Origin: an uncultured Planctomycetota bacterium
Lineage (GTDB): Bacteria; Planctomycetota; Planctomycetia; Isosphaerales; Isosphaeraceae
Length of the DNA stretch: 64,000 bases
Assembly: GCA_963823665.1 (NCBI GenBank)
Contig: CAWGMQ010000003.1
Location: 1 to 64,000 of the forward strand
Direction: 5' to 3'
Each line of letters starts with the position of its first letter. Position 1 is the stretch's first letter. This document shows, piece after piece, positions 22,007-32,140 of the stretch. The translations under genes and the position numbers were made by a program. The notes below the pieces were generated by a model. It had not been told where the DNA came from. It saw nothing but the letters and a program-made list of their open reading frames with translations, and ran no database searches.

Positions 22007-25000
22007 GTGGCGATGATGCTCGCTCGCGTTTCGGTTTTGAGCGTTGTGGCGGCGACGGCGGTCTTGCTAGCGGGCGGGACGTCTGCCTGCGCGCAGGATA
22101 GGTCGATCTTCCGGTGGAAGGCGGCGCCGGAGGAGCCGAACACGATGGTACAGATCGCGCGGTCGATTGACGCGATCGAGGAGAAGATTCGAGACGACGG
22201 GATCGTGGTTCTGCAGCATCCGGACGTTTGGGGCCAAGCCAGGATGACGAGGTACCGGGTCGACTTCGAGAAGTACATGCTCGAGAACCTGAAGTTTGAG
22301 GAAACGCTCTCGGCGGTGATCTCACGAGCGGACCGGGCGGCGCTCGAGAGCCAGACGGCGATCGGGGTCTCGTTGACGCCCGGTGGGAAGGGTGGCGGCG
22401 TTCAGGTAACGAACCACTCGTCAGACGATTCGGGCAAGGGCCAGGCGGCACTGGTCAACGCGGCGCAGCAGATGATCGACAAGGCGAAGGACAAGGACGG
22501 GTTGAACGAGTTCGAGAAGACCGAGACGTTCAAGCTGTTAAAGGATGCTTCTTCGATGTTCAAGACGAAGGACGGGCCGGCAATCGGGCTGGAGCCGACC
22601 GTTCTACTGGAAGAGAAGAAGACATTCTATGATCGATTGAACCAATATCGGCGCCAGAATTTCGGCGATGATAACGCCGACGCGGCAGGCTACAACCTCT
22701 ATCAGTTCGGCATGCCGGTTTCGATCTTGCCCGGCGAGAAGACGCACAAGGATCACGGGGCGCAGATCACGATCACGGTGCGGCATGATTTCGGGCCTGA
22801 GTTCCTGGCGTCGACGTTTCGGAATTTTGTGATCAATGACGTCGTCGATCGGCTGGCGCCGCTTGTTTACGAGATGATTCGGGATAAGGCGTTTATCGAG
22901 CGATACCGTGACGAGTTTAGCGCGGAAGGAAGGAAACAGCGCCAGGAGCTTGATTCCATTAACTTGCAGATCAGTGAGTTGCGGCAGAAGGAGAAAGAGG
23001 CTATCGACGCGCTTCAGGGGAAGCACGACGCCGCCTTAAGGGAGCAGCCCACGGTTGAAGTTTCGCAAAATGTGCTACGCGACGCTCTACCGGGCAATTT
23101 CGCTGAGAGTCGAGATGCTGGCACGTTGGTGAAGAAATTCGGCACGCCGGCGGGAAAGGCTGCATTTGAAGTTTCGGCTGTGACTCCATGGCGGCCGGAC
23201 GTGAAATTCAATCCGCCACCTGCCCCGAGCGGCGTGCCGTCCGTGGGATCGCGCGAATGGTCACGTTACGTCGATGAGGTGAGGATCTATGAGGCCGCCA
23301 GCAAACTCACCTCGCAGCTCAAGCCTGGATTCAAAGACTTTCTGACGGCGGTTGCAAACACCGATGGCGAGCGGAAGACATGGGAGGAGGCAGAATTAGT
23401 TCTGTCCAACACGCGCGATAAGATCCGCGCCCTGCGGGCGCAGTTGGACGAGCTGGTATTCAAATTGAATTCAAGGAGCTTCGCAGATTCTCGGGTTCGA
23501 GATCAAGAGTACCCGATTGCTCCAAGCGATCTTGTGGACGTTCTGCTGAAGGAAAACGTCAGGGCGCTGGCGCTGGCATGTTTTGAGGCGCGGCAGACGA
23601 AGTTGGTACGAGCGGCAGATGTTCGAGCGTTTCTCAATCATGAGCTATCTGCCGCGTTCGACCTGTTGTCCGGTAGCTGCCGAGACATGGCGCCGGTGCT
23701 GAGCGACACCGAATTCATTAGCTTGGTGAATGAGACGATTCAGGCGCGCGACTACGAGTCGTTGCAGACTCTTTATGAGCGGCGGATCCGGTCACTGCTC
23801 CCGGATTTTGACAGGCGATCTGCAAAGCGCGACGCGCTTCGAGTGACGCTGGCTGGGAGGAAAAATCAGGGACGGGATGGCCAACTTGACCCACTCCCGG
23901 AGGAAAGACCCGATGCGGGCCAGCAGGCGAGAACCGAGCGAGAACTTGACGACAGACTGATGAGCCTCCGGGTCGAGCGGCCCGTCGGCGCGCTTTGCTG
24001 GGCGATTGTTGTCGATTCCGCGCTGTTGAATTGCCGGCTGAGGCAGGAGCTGCGGGAATTCAACGGGGTGAGTGGATTCCGCCTGATCTGCGATCCCGAG
24101 AGGCTGTTCTTTCATCTGCCGATGCCGCGGGTGCCGGGCGGGGACCAGAGGTATGAAACAGCGCAGGCGGTCTTCGAGCAATACGTGCGCGCGCGCTGGC
24201 CGATCATCTGTTTTTCGCTGGACCCGATCGCCGACCAGCAGAATATCGGTGATGCATTCAGCCGGACAAGGGACTTGCAGGTTGCGCTGGCGCTGGCGTT
24301 TTCGGCGGGAAGGATCGGGATCAATCAACTGCTTCGCTACAGGCGGCAGCTCGATTACGAAGCGGCGACAATCGCGCTGAATCGAACAATCACCGCGTAT
24401 GTGTTCGGGCACGAGACGTTCGGCTGGCGATTCGCACCCAGGTATCAGACGCCGCCGCAGGAGGCGACGAATGTCCATGTGATTGCCAATCAGATCTTGC
24501 GCGGAGGACCGGGTCGCAATTATCAGATGAAGAACAGCAAGCTCGAGGCGGGAGAGCGCGAACTATCGGCGGTGGTGATCATGCCGTCGATTCTTCAACG
24601 AGTACGGATGGAGATTACGGGGAACTGGTGGCGGCTGACGGATCCAGATGAGACGACGCTGAATACAGCGCACATGATCGAACAAGGGCGGAGGGTGGTC
24701 GAGCTGCGGCAGGCACTGGCGAGTGCGTGCGACAACGGGCGGTACAGGGAGGACGATCTTGCGCGGATGGCGGTGAAGATCGATCAGCTCGAAGCGATGC
24801 TGCCGATGCAGACGAAGACCGTCGCCGTGCCGTACGGAAACACACTCGGGGGATTTGACATTTTCAAGAAAGGATCGTCGGCGCTGGCGCCTGTCGTGGT
24901 CGGGCACCAGGGTGTTGACGAACTGACTTCAGAGAGCTGCCGGAATGCTTTTCTGCTCTTCGGCAGGAACTTCAGCATTCAGGACACGACCATCGTCGCC

Positions 25001-25792
25001 GGCGGCCAGCGGGTGGACAAAGACGACGTCGACATTTTGAGTCGGGAAGTGCTGCGGGTGCGGCTGCCGAAGAATCTCGAGATCACGACGACCACCGACG
25101 GGCAGAAGTATGTGGAGCTGCACCTGGGCACACCGAATGGCGTGTCGAACCGAATGCTGCTGCCGTTCTCCGACTCACCGGTGACGACGACGACGATCAC
25201 GAATTTGGTGAAGGAGGTGAGCAGCCGGGACGCGGCCGTGAACTGGACGCGATCGGTCGAGACGAAGATGGTCACGGGGCCGAGGCCGAAGTGTGATCTG
25301 GATAAGGACGCCACGACGAAGACGGCGGGGGGTGACGACGACGCGGGTCACGCTCCGCATGGCGGTGGCCAGCAGCAGGGCGGAGCCGGCGGTCAGCATC
25401 AAGGCGGCGACGACGGAGGTGACGGCCAGCAGAATGGCGGCCAGGGGAAAGCCGCCGCCAAGAAGGGTGTGGACGCACCAAAGAAGGATGCCGCCAAAAA
25501 AGCCGCGCCGAAGGCCGACGGCGACCATGGAAACGCGGAGAAGGCGGAGCCCAAAGGTGCGAGCGCTACGCCGTCGCGGCCAGCGTTTCGTGAGGATGAC
25601 ATCGAGAGGATCGCGGAAGCGACGCGGCGACGGCCGTTCGCCCAGACGATCATTGTCCCCCCGCCGAAGGAAGAGTCGAAACAGGCCGGGCATCGGCGCG
25701 CTGATTCACAGGTGAAGCAGTCGTCGACGATGAATGCGCCACCCAAGCGCCGGACAATCTTGGATCGGTTGATGCATCGCGAAGGGGACTAG
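22007..25792 (+). CDS. Large secreted hypothetical protein (1261 aa)
   Basis: Signal peptide, coiled-coil segments, Ig-like segment (GRNFSIQDTTIVAGG), low-complexity tail. Confidence 0.85.
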   Translation: MAMMLARVSVLSVVAATAVLLAGGTSACAQDRSIFRWKAAPEEPNTMVQIARSIDAIEEKIRDDGIVVLQHPDVWGQARMTRYRVDFEKYMLENLKFEETLSAVISRADRAALESQTAIGVSLTPGGKGGGVQVTNHSSDDSGKGQAALVNAAQQMIDKAKDKDGLNEFEKTETFKLLKDASSMFKTKDGPAIGLEPTVLLEEKKTFYDRLNQYRRQNFGDDNADAAGYNLYQFGMPVSILPGEKTHKDHGAQITITVRHDFGPEFLASTFRNFVINDVVDRLAPLVYEMIRDKAFIERYRDEFSAEGRKQRQELDSINLQISELRQKEKEAIDALQGKHDAALREQPTVEVSQNVLRDALPGNFAESRDAGTLVKKFGTPAGKAAFEVSAVTPWRPDVKFNPPPAPSGVPSVGSREWSRYVDEVRIYEAASKLTSQLKPGFKDFLTAVANTDGERKTWEEAELVLSNTRDKIRALRAQLDELVFKLNSRSFADSRVRDQEYPIAPSDLVDVLLKENVRALALACFEARQTKLVRAADVRAFLNHELSAAFDLLSGSCRDMAPVLSDTEFISLVNETIQARDYESLQTLYERRIRSLLPDFDRRSAKRDALRVTLAGRKNQGRDGQLDPLPEERPDAGQQARTERELDDRLMSLRVERPVGALCWAIVVDSALLNCRLRQELREFNGVSGFRLICDPERLFFHLPMPRVPGGDQRYETAQAVFEQYVRARWPIICFSLDPIADQQNIGDAFSRTRDLQVALALAFSAGRIGINQLLRYRRQLDYEAATIALNRTITAYVFGHETFGWRFAPRYQTPPQEATNVHVIANQILRGGPGRNYQMKNSKLEAGERELSAVVIMPSILQRVRMEITGNWWRLTDPDETTLNTAHMIEQGRRVVELRQALASACDNGRYREDDLARMAVKIDQLEAMLPMQTKTVAVPYGNTLGGFDIFKKGSSALAPVVVGHQGVDELTSESCRNAFLLFGRNFSIQDTTIVAGGQRVDKDDVDILSREVLRVRLPKNLEITTTTDGQKYVELHLGTPNGVSNRMLLPFSDSPVTTTTITNLVKEVSSRDAAVNWTRSVETKMVTGPRPKCDLDKDATTKTAGGDDDAGHAPHGGGQQQGGAGGQHQGGDDGGDGQQNGGQGKAAAKKGVDAPKKDAAKKAAPKADGDHGNAEKAEPKGASATPSRPAFREDDIERIAEATRRRPFAQTIIVPPPKEESKQAGHRRADSQVKQSSTMNAPPKRRTILDRLMHREGD

Positions 25793-25870
25793 AAGTAAAA
25801 CGGGTTGTGTGTTGTCAGTTGTTAGTTGATCGTTGTCCGAGCGGGTGATTCGGGGTTTGGCGGGTTCGAG

Positions 25871-26010
25871 GGGAAGCAAGACACCCACCTTTTCGTCGGG
25901 AATCAAAGATGAAACCGTGCGGGGAAGGGCGCGGCCGGACACCCAATTTCTCCGAGTGATCCATCCATGGCTGCCTCAAACTCGCTAAAATGCTGGGGGT
26001 CTCGAAGCCA
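25871..26010 (+). repeat. 140-bp element, full copy 7 (degenerate right arm)
   Basis: gggaagcaagacacccacc...gctgggggtctcgaagcca. Confidence 0.95.
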
Positions 26011-26121
26011 ATCGCGGACTGCGGCGAATGCTTGTCGAACCGCGAAGATCTGTCGGCTGTTCACCGATGTTCCGATTTGCGCTACGCCATGAGCGACCGC
26101 ACGACCGCGTGGAGGTACCGC

Positions 26122-27422
26122 ATGACCGCCGCCGCCGACCCAATCGAGTACCGCCGCGCCGCGCCGGGCGACGCAGGGGCCATGTCTGCCCTCTACTGGG
26201 AGACATACGGGGACGGCGGGCGCGCCGAGTGCGCCCCTACCCGTTCCCCCAGATGTTCGACCCCGGGTGGGTGGCCGGGGCCGTCGGCGCCGGCCGCATC
26301 CACTCCGTCGTGGCCACCCTGGGCGACGGTATCGTGGGCACGGTGTCGGCCTCGTTTAACGTGGGCGGTCAGGGCGACGGTGTGGCCGAGGGGTTCGGGC
26401 TCGTCGTCCGCCGCGCGACCCACCGCCGGGGTGTCGGCAAGGGGCTGGTCGAGTACCTGCTCGGCGCCTTTCGCTCCAAGGCGCGCGTCGTGCTTGTGGA
26501 GGTACGGACCGCCGAGCCGGGCGCGTGGCAGATCGTCCGCGATGTGGGGTTCACCCCGGTCGGATTCGAGCCATGGGCCCACTACATGCCGGTCGGGTAT
26601 GAGCCGATGCTGGTCGCCGCCATGCTGCCGGACGGCGCACTCCAGGCCGACCGGTCAGGGCTGGTCACCACCCCCGCCGTCTGTCGGCTCGCGGGGGCGG
26701 TCGTCTCGCCGGCGGGGGGAACGATTTCGGCGACACCTGGCTGTCATGCCAAGCCGCGGGAGGCCATCGGCCCGATAGTCGCGGCGCGGAACGACGACAC
26801 GGGCCGGTCGCTGTTCGCCGCCCCGCCGGTGTCGGCCGCGCGGTCCGGGGTCGTCGGGCTGCAGTGGTTCGAGGGGATCGACCCGAGGGGGAACCGGTTC
26901 GAGGAGGCGTTCGTCGTGGGTGAGGCGAGCGGACGGGTCGTGGCCGCCGTCCGAGTCGTGCTCGATCGGCTCGACCGGCGGGCGAGGCTGGCCGGCCTGG
27001 TGACCACGTTGGACGGTGTGGACGCGGCGGTAATCGGGGCCGCCCGGGACGTGCTGCTCGCGCCTGGCCCGGCCCGGCCGCTGGCGGTCGTCCTCGACGT
27101 CGCCGCGGCGGACGTGGGGCTGCAGGGCGCGGTCGAGGCTCTCGGATTTGTGCCGTCCGCCTACTACCCGCATCTTGTCGCCGCGCCGGGCGGCTGGTCC
27201 GATGTCGTCCAATACACGCTCGGCTCCGGCGGCAACCTCGGCGATGTCCGCCGGAGCCTGTCACCCATCGCGTGGCCGGAAGCACAGAGGGTGATCGACG
27301 CCGTAACGGTGGCCTGGGACGGGCGGGCCGGCGCCGGTCGGCCTAACGACACGTTCGGCAGCAGGACGGTCAGCTACGACCCGCCGCGCCACCGCGGCGT
27401 CGGCTGCCGCCGCGACTGCTGA
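26122..27422 (+). CDS. GNAT-family N-acetyltransferase, tandem GNAT-like domains (1 frameshift)
   Basis: [51 protein letters not shown]. Confidence 0.75.
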
Positions 27423-27433
27423 AGGGGGGCCTC

Positions 27434-28181
27434 ATGAACGATCACCCGACGCCGCTGGGCGGCACGTGCAGCGCCCACTTCGACCCGCTGCGCGAGCTGT
27501 TCGCTGCCAAGCTCGAGTCGGGGGAAGACCTCGGCGCCTCGCTCGCCGTCAACATCGATGGCGAGATGGTGGTCGATCTTTGGGGCGGCTGGGCCGACGA
27601 GGCCCGCACCGTGCCGTGGACCGAGAGCACAATCACCAACGTGTTTTCCACCACCAAGGCGATGACCGCGCTTGCCGCGCTCGTGCTGGTCGATCGCGGC
27701 GGGCTCGACCTCGACGCGACCGTCGCCAAGTACTGGCCGGAGTTTGCGGCCCAGGACAAGGCGGGGGTCAAGGTTCGTCACCTCTTGTCACACATGTCGG
27801 GCGTCTCGGGCTGGGAGCAGCCGGTCACCCTTGAGGATCCAGTCGGTGGTGGCCTGCGGCGGGGAGGTTGATGGCGTCCGGCTCCTCTCGCCAAAGATGA
27901 TCGACCGGATCTTCGAAGTGCAAAGCAACGGGATCGACCTCGTGATAGGCATACCGTTCAAGGTGGGCGTCGGTTATGGTCTGTTCCCCACGGAAGGCCG
28001 GGTGTGTGCCTGGGGCGGCACCGGCGGCTCGTCGGTGATCATCGACGTGGATCGCCGCATAACGTTCGCCTACGTGATGAATAAGATGGCGCCGGGGAGC
28101 GGGACCATCGCTGCGGCGCTGGCCGAGCGGGTGTCCGAGATCGTGAAGCCTGACCTACTGGGGCGCAAGTCGTCGGGCTGA
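27434..28181 (+). pseudogene. EstA/class C beta-lactamase-family serine hydrolase with internal deletion
   Basis: [22 protein letters not shown] is joined at ~27837 to the C-terminus ([15 protein letters not shown]); the YxN-containing middle is absent. Confidence 0.8.
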
Positions 28182-28456
28182 AGCCTGACCCACGAGGTGC
28201 GTTGCTTGCGAATGCGGATGGTCCGCGACGGCGGACCCTACTTTGCGCAGCATGCTTGACCGATTATTGCCCACCTTCGTTACAGCCCACACATCCGGAC
28301 CGCACCGTAGCAAAAACTCGGCGAATTCGGGAAACGGGCGCAAAATTTTTGACCGTTTTGCAGATCGTCCTATTTAAAGAGACTTGCTCGATCGTCGGTC
28401 AAGGCGAGGGATCTTGGGCAAGGCTTGATAATCCCAAAGACCAAGAGGAGACGATC

Positions 28457-30670
28457 ATGACTTCCGAGGCCAGAATTGCAGCCAGCCAGGCGAACGGACG
28501 GAAATCTCGGGGACCGGTCACCCCGGAAGGACGGTTCAGATCATCCATGAATGCATTGCGTCATGGCAGACGATCCAGGCGAATGGCGCTCATCGAGGAC
28601 ATTTCTTACTCGTACGAGGAGCGCCGGCGCAAGTGGATGGCCAGCCTGGATGCCCGGAATGATGTGGAGGAATTCCTCGTCTCGCGATGCGCCGCGAACG
28701 CATCGAAACTCGAACGCATCGAGCGCGCGGACGCGGAAGCATTTCGCAGCGCGATCGAGAAAGCCGACGAAGAGCAATATCAGGAAGTCCTCGCGCTGGG
28801 AAGTCGCCTCTTTTTCAATCGCTGCGGATCCATGGAGACCTATGGTCTCAAGCCCGACTTTAAACTCAAGGTCAAGACTTCCTTCAGCGGGCAACCAGTC
28901 GAGCCGGATGAGCCGCGGGACATTCTCGAGGAACTGGAAGCAACGGAGCTGGGGACGAGGTTTCTGCTCGACACCTGGGACGGGCTGCGCGCGGGGCTTG
29001 CGCCGGGGAGATTCTGGCAGGGACCCGATCGGTTTCAAGCCATTCGCCTGCTGGGGCATCAGCCAATTGACGCGCGGTTCGATGAAGCCTGCGCCGCGAT
29101 TTTCTATGCCAGCGCCAAGCTCGAGCCAGGGACGCCGGAGCCATTCCGTGAACTGCACAGCGATCTCGACGTCGTTCAGCTCCCGGTGTTTTGCAAGGAG
29201 GCGGCCAAACGTTATCCCAAACTGGCGGCGCTCGAGGATAAAGCCGAGTGCCGGCAGATCTTGCTCGACATCGTCGATCGGAATATCGAACGGCTGGAAG
29301 AGATCTTGAAGACGCACGAAGAGAACGCGGACACCGAAGCCGAGCGAGCTGTCGCGCGGAAGGGGTTTGATACCGGCCCCCGGGGCAAACAACTGCACGA
29401 CTACGAGTTGAAATATGATCGCGCGGTTCGGCAAGGGATCGCGTTGTTTGACAAGCTGACAGGCGGCCGACCCACGGCTCCGCCCATCGAGCCGTGGCGG
29501 CCGCCGCCCTATGGCACGAAAACTGATGAGTATTGCATGGGGCCGTCCGACAAGCCGGCGGGGCGAGCGCGGAGTGCGAGCGCTAGCTTCGGGGGCGGAT
29601 CGAGGGATTCTGCGCCGGCGACCGGTATTGCGGCGGGCGGCTCACGGAGTGAGCCTGCTACTGTTGGTACTGGGGCAGCCGGTGATCGGGGGCCGACGGG
29701 GTTGGCGGCGGGCGGCTCACGGAGTGAGCCTGCTACTGTTGGGACCGATGCGGAGCGGGGGTTGGCGGGTGAAAACTCGACCTTATCGACGACTTTCACC
29801 GTGACCGATTCGGCGTTTTCTGTTGCGCAACCGCTTGGTGAGAGCGGCCGCCGGGACGCACCCCCCCTGGCCCCCCCTTCTCGAGGGGGGGAAGCTTTGC
29901 TCAACACGCACGGCGGGAGCTCGCCGCTCGTTCCATCGCAAGTTCTCAACAGCCCGGATCGGGGGTGGGAGTCGGTCGGAGTCGACGAACTGGACGTTGT
30001 GGCTTGTCTGGGGTTCCTTCCGGAAAGGCACGTTGGCGTGGACGGTGACACGCCGCACGAGGGCGTTGGCGTGCGGGGTCACGCCGAGGATGATGACATT
30101 GGCGTGGCTGGCGACAACCGACACGAGGACGCCGGTATCGCCAGTGGCAAGCTCTGTGACGACACTGCTGAAGTTGGTGATCGCATGCCTGTGCGGCTGC
30201 CCCTCTGCGCCGCCGAAGGCGACGCCTCTGCCGCGAGGGGGGAGGAATTCGTGACGAACGAACCTAAACTCGATCAGGATGTGATCACTATACAAAGTGA
30301 TGAGATCGTTGAGGTTGTGGCGAATTCCGACGACTCTTCGGGACTTGACAAGCTACGAACGAACCCAAGGCCGGCGGGCGGGAGGGGAGAAGACGAAGGT
30401 CAAGATTTGAAGTCCGACCAAGATCGAGATCTCGGTGAGATCGGGGACCAAGACCAGCCGTTGGACGCGGAGCGCGCGGATGCGTTGAGTCGCGCGGCTT
30501 TGGCGGAGACCCTCGCCCCGGCCCTCTCCCGCGGGGAGAGGGAGAGAGGTTCGATGGACCCAGCGGTGGCTGTGGCGGGATCTCGGCCGCGGGCGAACCC
30601 CTCTCCGCCGCCGCCCGTGGCACCTCCTGCACAAGGGGGTCCCACTCGCGTGGAGGTATGCGTCATGATT
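28457..30670 (+). CDS. Hypothetical protein with SRGPxTxEG..SxNALxHG N-terminus and long low-complexity tail (3' end uncertain; ORF runs on antisense to trmB)
   Basis: MTSEARIAASQANGRKSRGPVTPEGRFRSSMNALRHG; GAGGAG RBS. Confidence 0.65.
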
Positions 30671-30673
30671 GTT

Positions 30674-31453
30674 TTATTCGTGGCGGTCCAGGTCGCACCA
30701 TGGGCCGTTCGTTCGGAAGACCGGCAGGGGGAGCGACCGCGCGAGCAAAGCGACCGCGTCCGGCGTCAGGTCGTCGCGACGGATTCCCAAGCCGCGATGA
30801 ATGGTCAGGCCGCGCTCGCGGGCCAGGATCTCGCGGCGGGTTCGACCCTCCGGTGCATCCGGCCAGGGACCGATCTGCTCGCGGAAGTCGAAGAGCGCGG
30901 GCAATACCTCGACCATGTATTTCCAGTAATCGGGGTTGTCGGTCTGCACGACGAACTCTCCGCCGGGAGACAGTGTCCGGTGCACATCGGCAAGCACTTG
31001 CGGGGTCAAGACGCGCAGATGGGCTTTGCGGCGGTCGTGAAATGGCTGGGGATGATAGAGGTGAATCTCGGCGATCGTGCCTGGTGGCACGTAGGAATTC
31101 AGAAATGTTTGCGCGTCCTTCACCGCAAAGCGAACGTTTGCGAGCCCTCGTTGATTTGCTCGCCGGGTCGCGTAGCGGATGACCACGGGGAGCACGTCGA
31201 TCGAGAAATGGTCAAAGCCGGGACGCGCGAGCGCACTGGCCAGGGTGAAGCGGCCGTTGCCGCAGCCGAGGTCCAGCACCACGGGGACAACCCGCCCGAA
31301 GATCGCCGGCCAGTCGAGCGGGCCGGGTGGCGGCAAACGCTTGATCGCCGTCTGCACCCACTGCGATTCGGGTAGGATCCGCCCCGGGATCGCCACGCCG
31401 TGCTCAAATTCGAGCCCCGTCTCGATCTCGATCTCAGACTGGTCGCCAGACAT
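30674..31453 (-). CDS. trmB: tRNA (guanine-N7)-methyltransferase
   Basis: VLDLGCGNGRF, HLYHPQP, VVQTDNPDY, RTRRE. Confidence 0.8.
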   Translation of the reverse strand: MSGDQSEIEIETGLEFEHGVAIPGRILPESQWVQTAIKRLPPPGPLDWPAIFGRVVPVVLDLGCGNGRFTLASALARPGFDHFSIDVLPVVIRYATRRANQRGLANVRFAVKDAQTFLNSYVPPGTIAEIHLYHPQPFHDRRKAHLRVLTPQVLADVHRTLSPGGEFVVQTDNPDYWKYMVEVLPALFDFREQIGPWPDAPEGRTRREILARERGLTIHRGLGIRRDDLTPDAVALLARSLPLPVFRTNGPWCDLDRHE

Positions 31454-31578
31454 CGATCTCCTTCCACGAAATGCCACCGGGACGTTACATTCAATTATTA
31501 TGGTCAAGCGGCTGGTCTCAGGAACGGGTCGGAAAGAACTTCTGGCGATTTACGTGAAGTGCGCCGCAGAGCGGCACG

Positions 31579-31727
31579 AATACCGTTCCGACGCAGAGCG
31601 TCGGAACGAGGGCTTTGCTTCGCGGCAGAAATACCGTTCCGACGCAGAGCGTCGGAACGAGGGCTTTGCTTCGTGGCAGAAATACCGTTCCGACGCAGAG
31701 CGTCGGAACGAGGGCTTTGCTTCGTGG
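31579..31727. repeat. Three tandem 51-bp units, each with a REP-like palindrome
   Basis: aataccgttccgacgcagagcgtcggaacgagggctttgcttcg at 31579, 31630 and 31681; stem cgttccgacgc/gcgtcggaacg. Confidence 0.95.
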
Positions 31728-31804
31728 TCGGGTTGATGCCGAAATCGGGAAGTTAATGCCGGCCTGTTCCTTAATTCGACAGGCGCGGTGGAGGTCGACG
31801 TTCG

Positions 31805-32140
31805 ATGGCCCAAGAATCGATCATGAACGCGCTCATGCAGGTAATCGCCGAGCGCAAAGCCAACCCGCCGTCCGGGCGCTCGTATGTGGCGGGGCTCTTG
31901 CAGGGCGGGGTCGCGAAGATCGGCGCGAAAATCATCGAAGAGGCCGCGGAAGTCGTCGAGGCGGGTGATGAGCCAGGAGAGGACGGACGCGAGCACGTGG
32001 TGCGCGAGGTGGCGGACCTCGTCTTTCATGCGGCGGTCTTGCTCGGCTATCGTGATCTCTCATGGAACGCGGTCGAGAACGAACTGGCGCGGCGATTCGG
32101 GATCAGCGGGATTGCAGAGAAAGAAGCGCGCGGGAGATGA
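31805..32140 (+). CDS. hisE: Phosphoribosyl-ATP diphosphatase
   Basis: SYVAGLL..KIGAKIIEEAAEV..EVADLVFH. Confidence 0.95.
   Translation: MAQESIMNALMQVIAERKANPPSGRSYVAGLLQGGVAKIGAKIIEEAAEVVEAGDEPGEDGREHVVREVADLVFHAAVLLGYRDLSWNAVENELARRFGISGIAEKEARGR

Noticed and set aside
25842..25853. 12-mer cgggtgattcgg shared with 5229-5240, next to element copies
   Set aside because: A single GC-rich match at different offsets from the element; not a target-site duplication and plausibly chance.
4522..26010. The 140-bp element as CRISPR repeats, classical attC sites or a small peptide gene
   Set aside because: Spacing is kilobases, attC RYYYAAC/GTTRRRY ends are absent, and no start-to-stop reading frame is shared by the copies.
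30674..31375. Long antisense overlap of the 1057-aa ORF with trmB
   Set aside because: Stop-poor antisense frames are common at high GC, and that part is simply the reverse frame of trmB.
31579..31727. CRISPR array
   Set aside because: Sequences between the palindromes are near-identical rather than unique spacers, and no cas genes are present.
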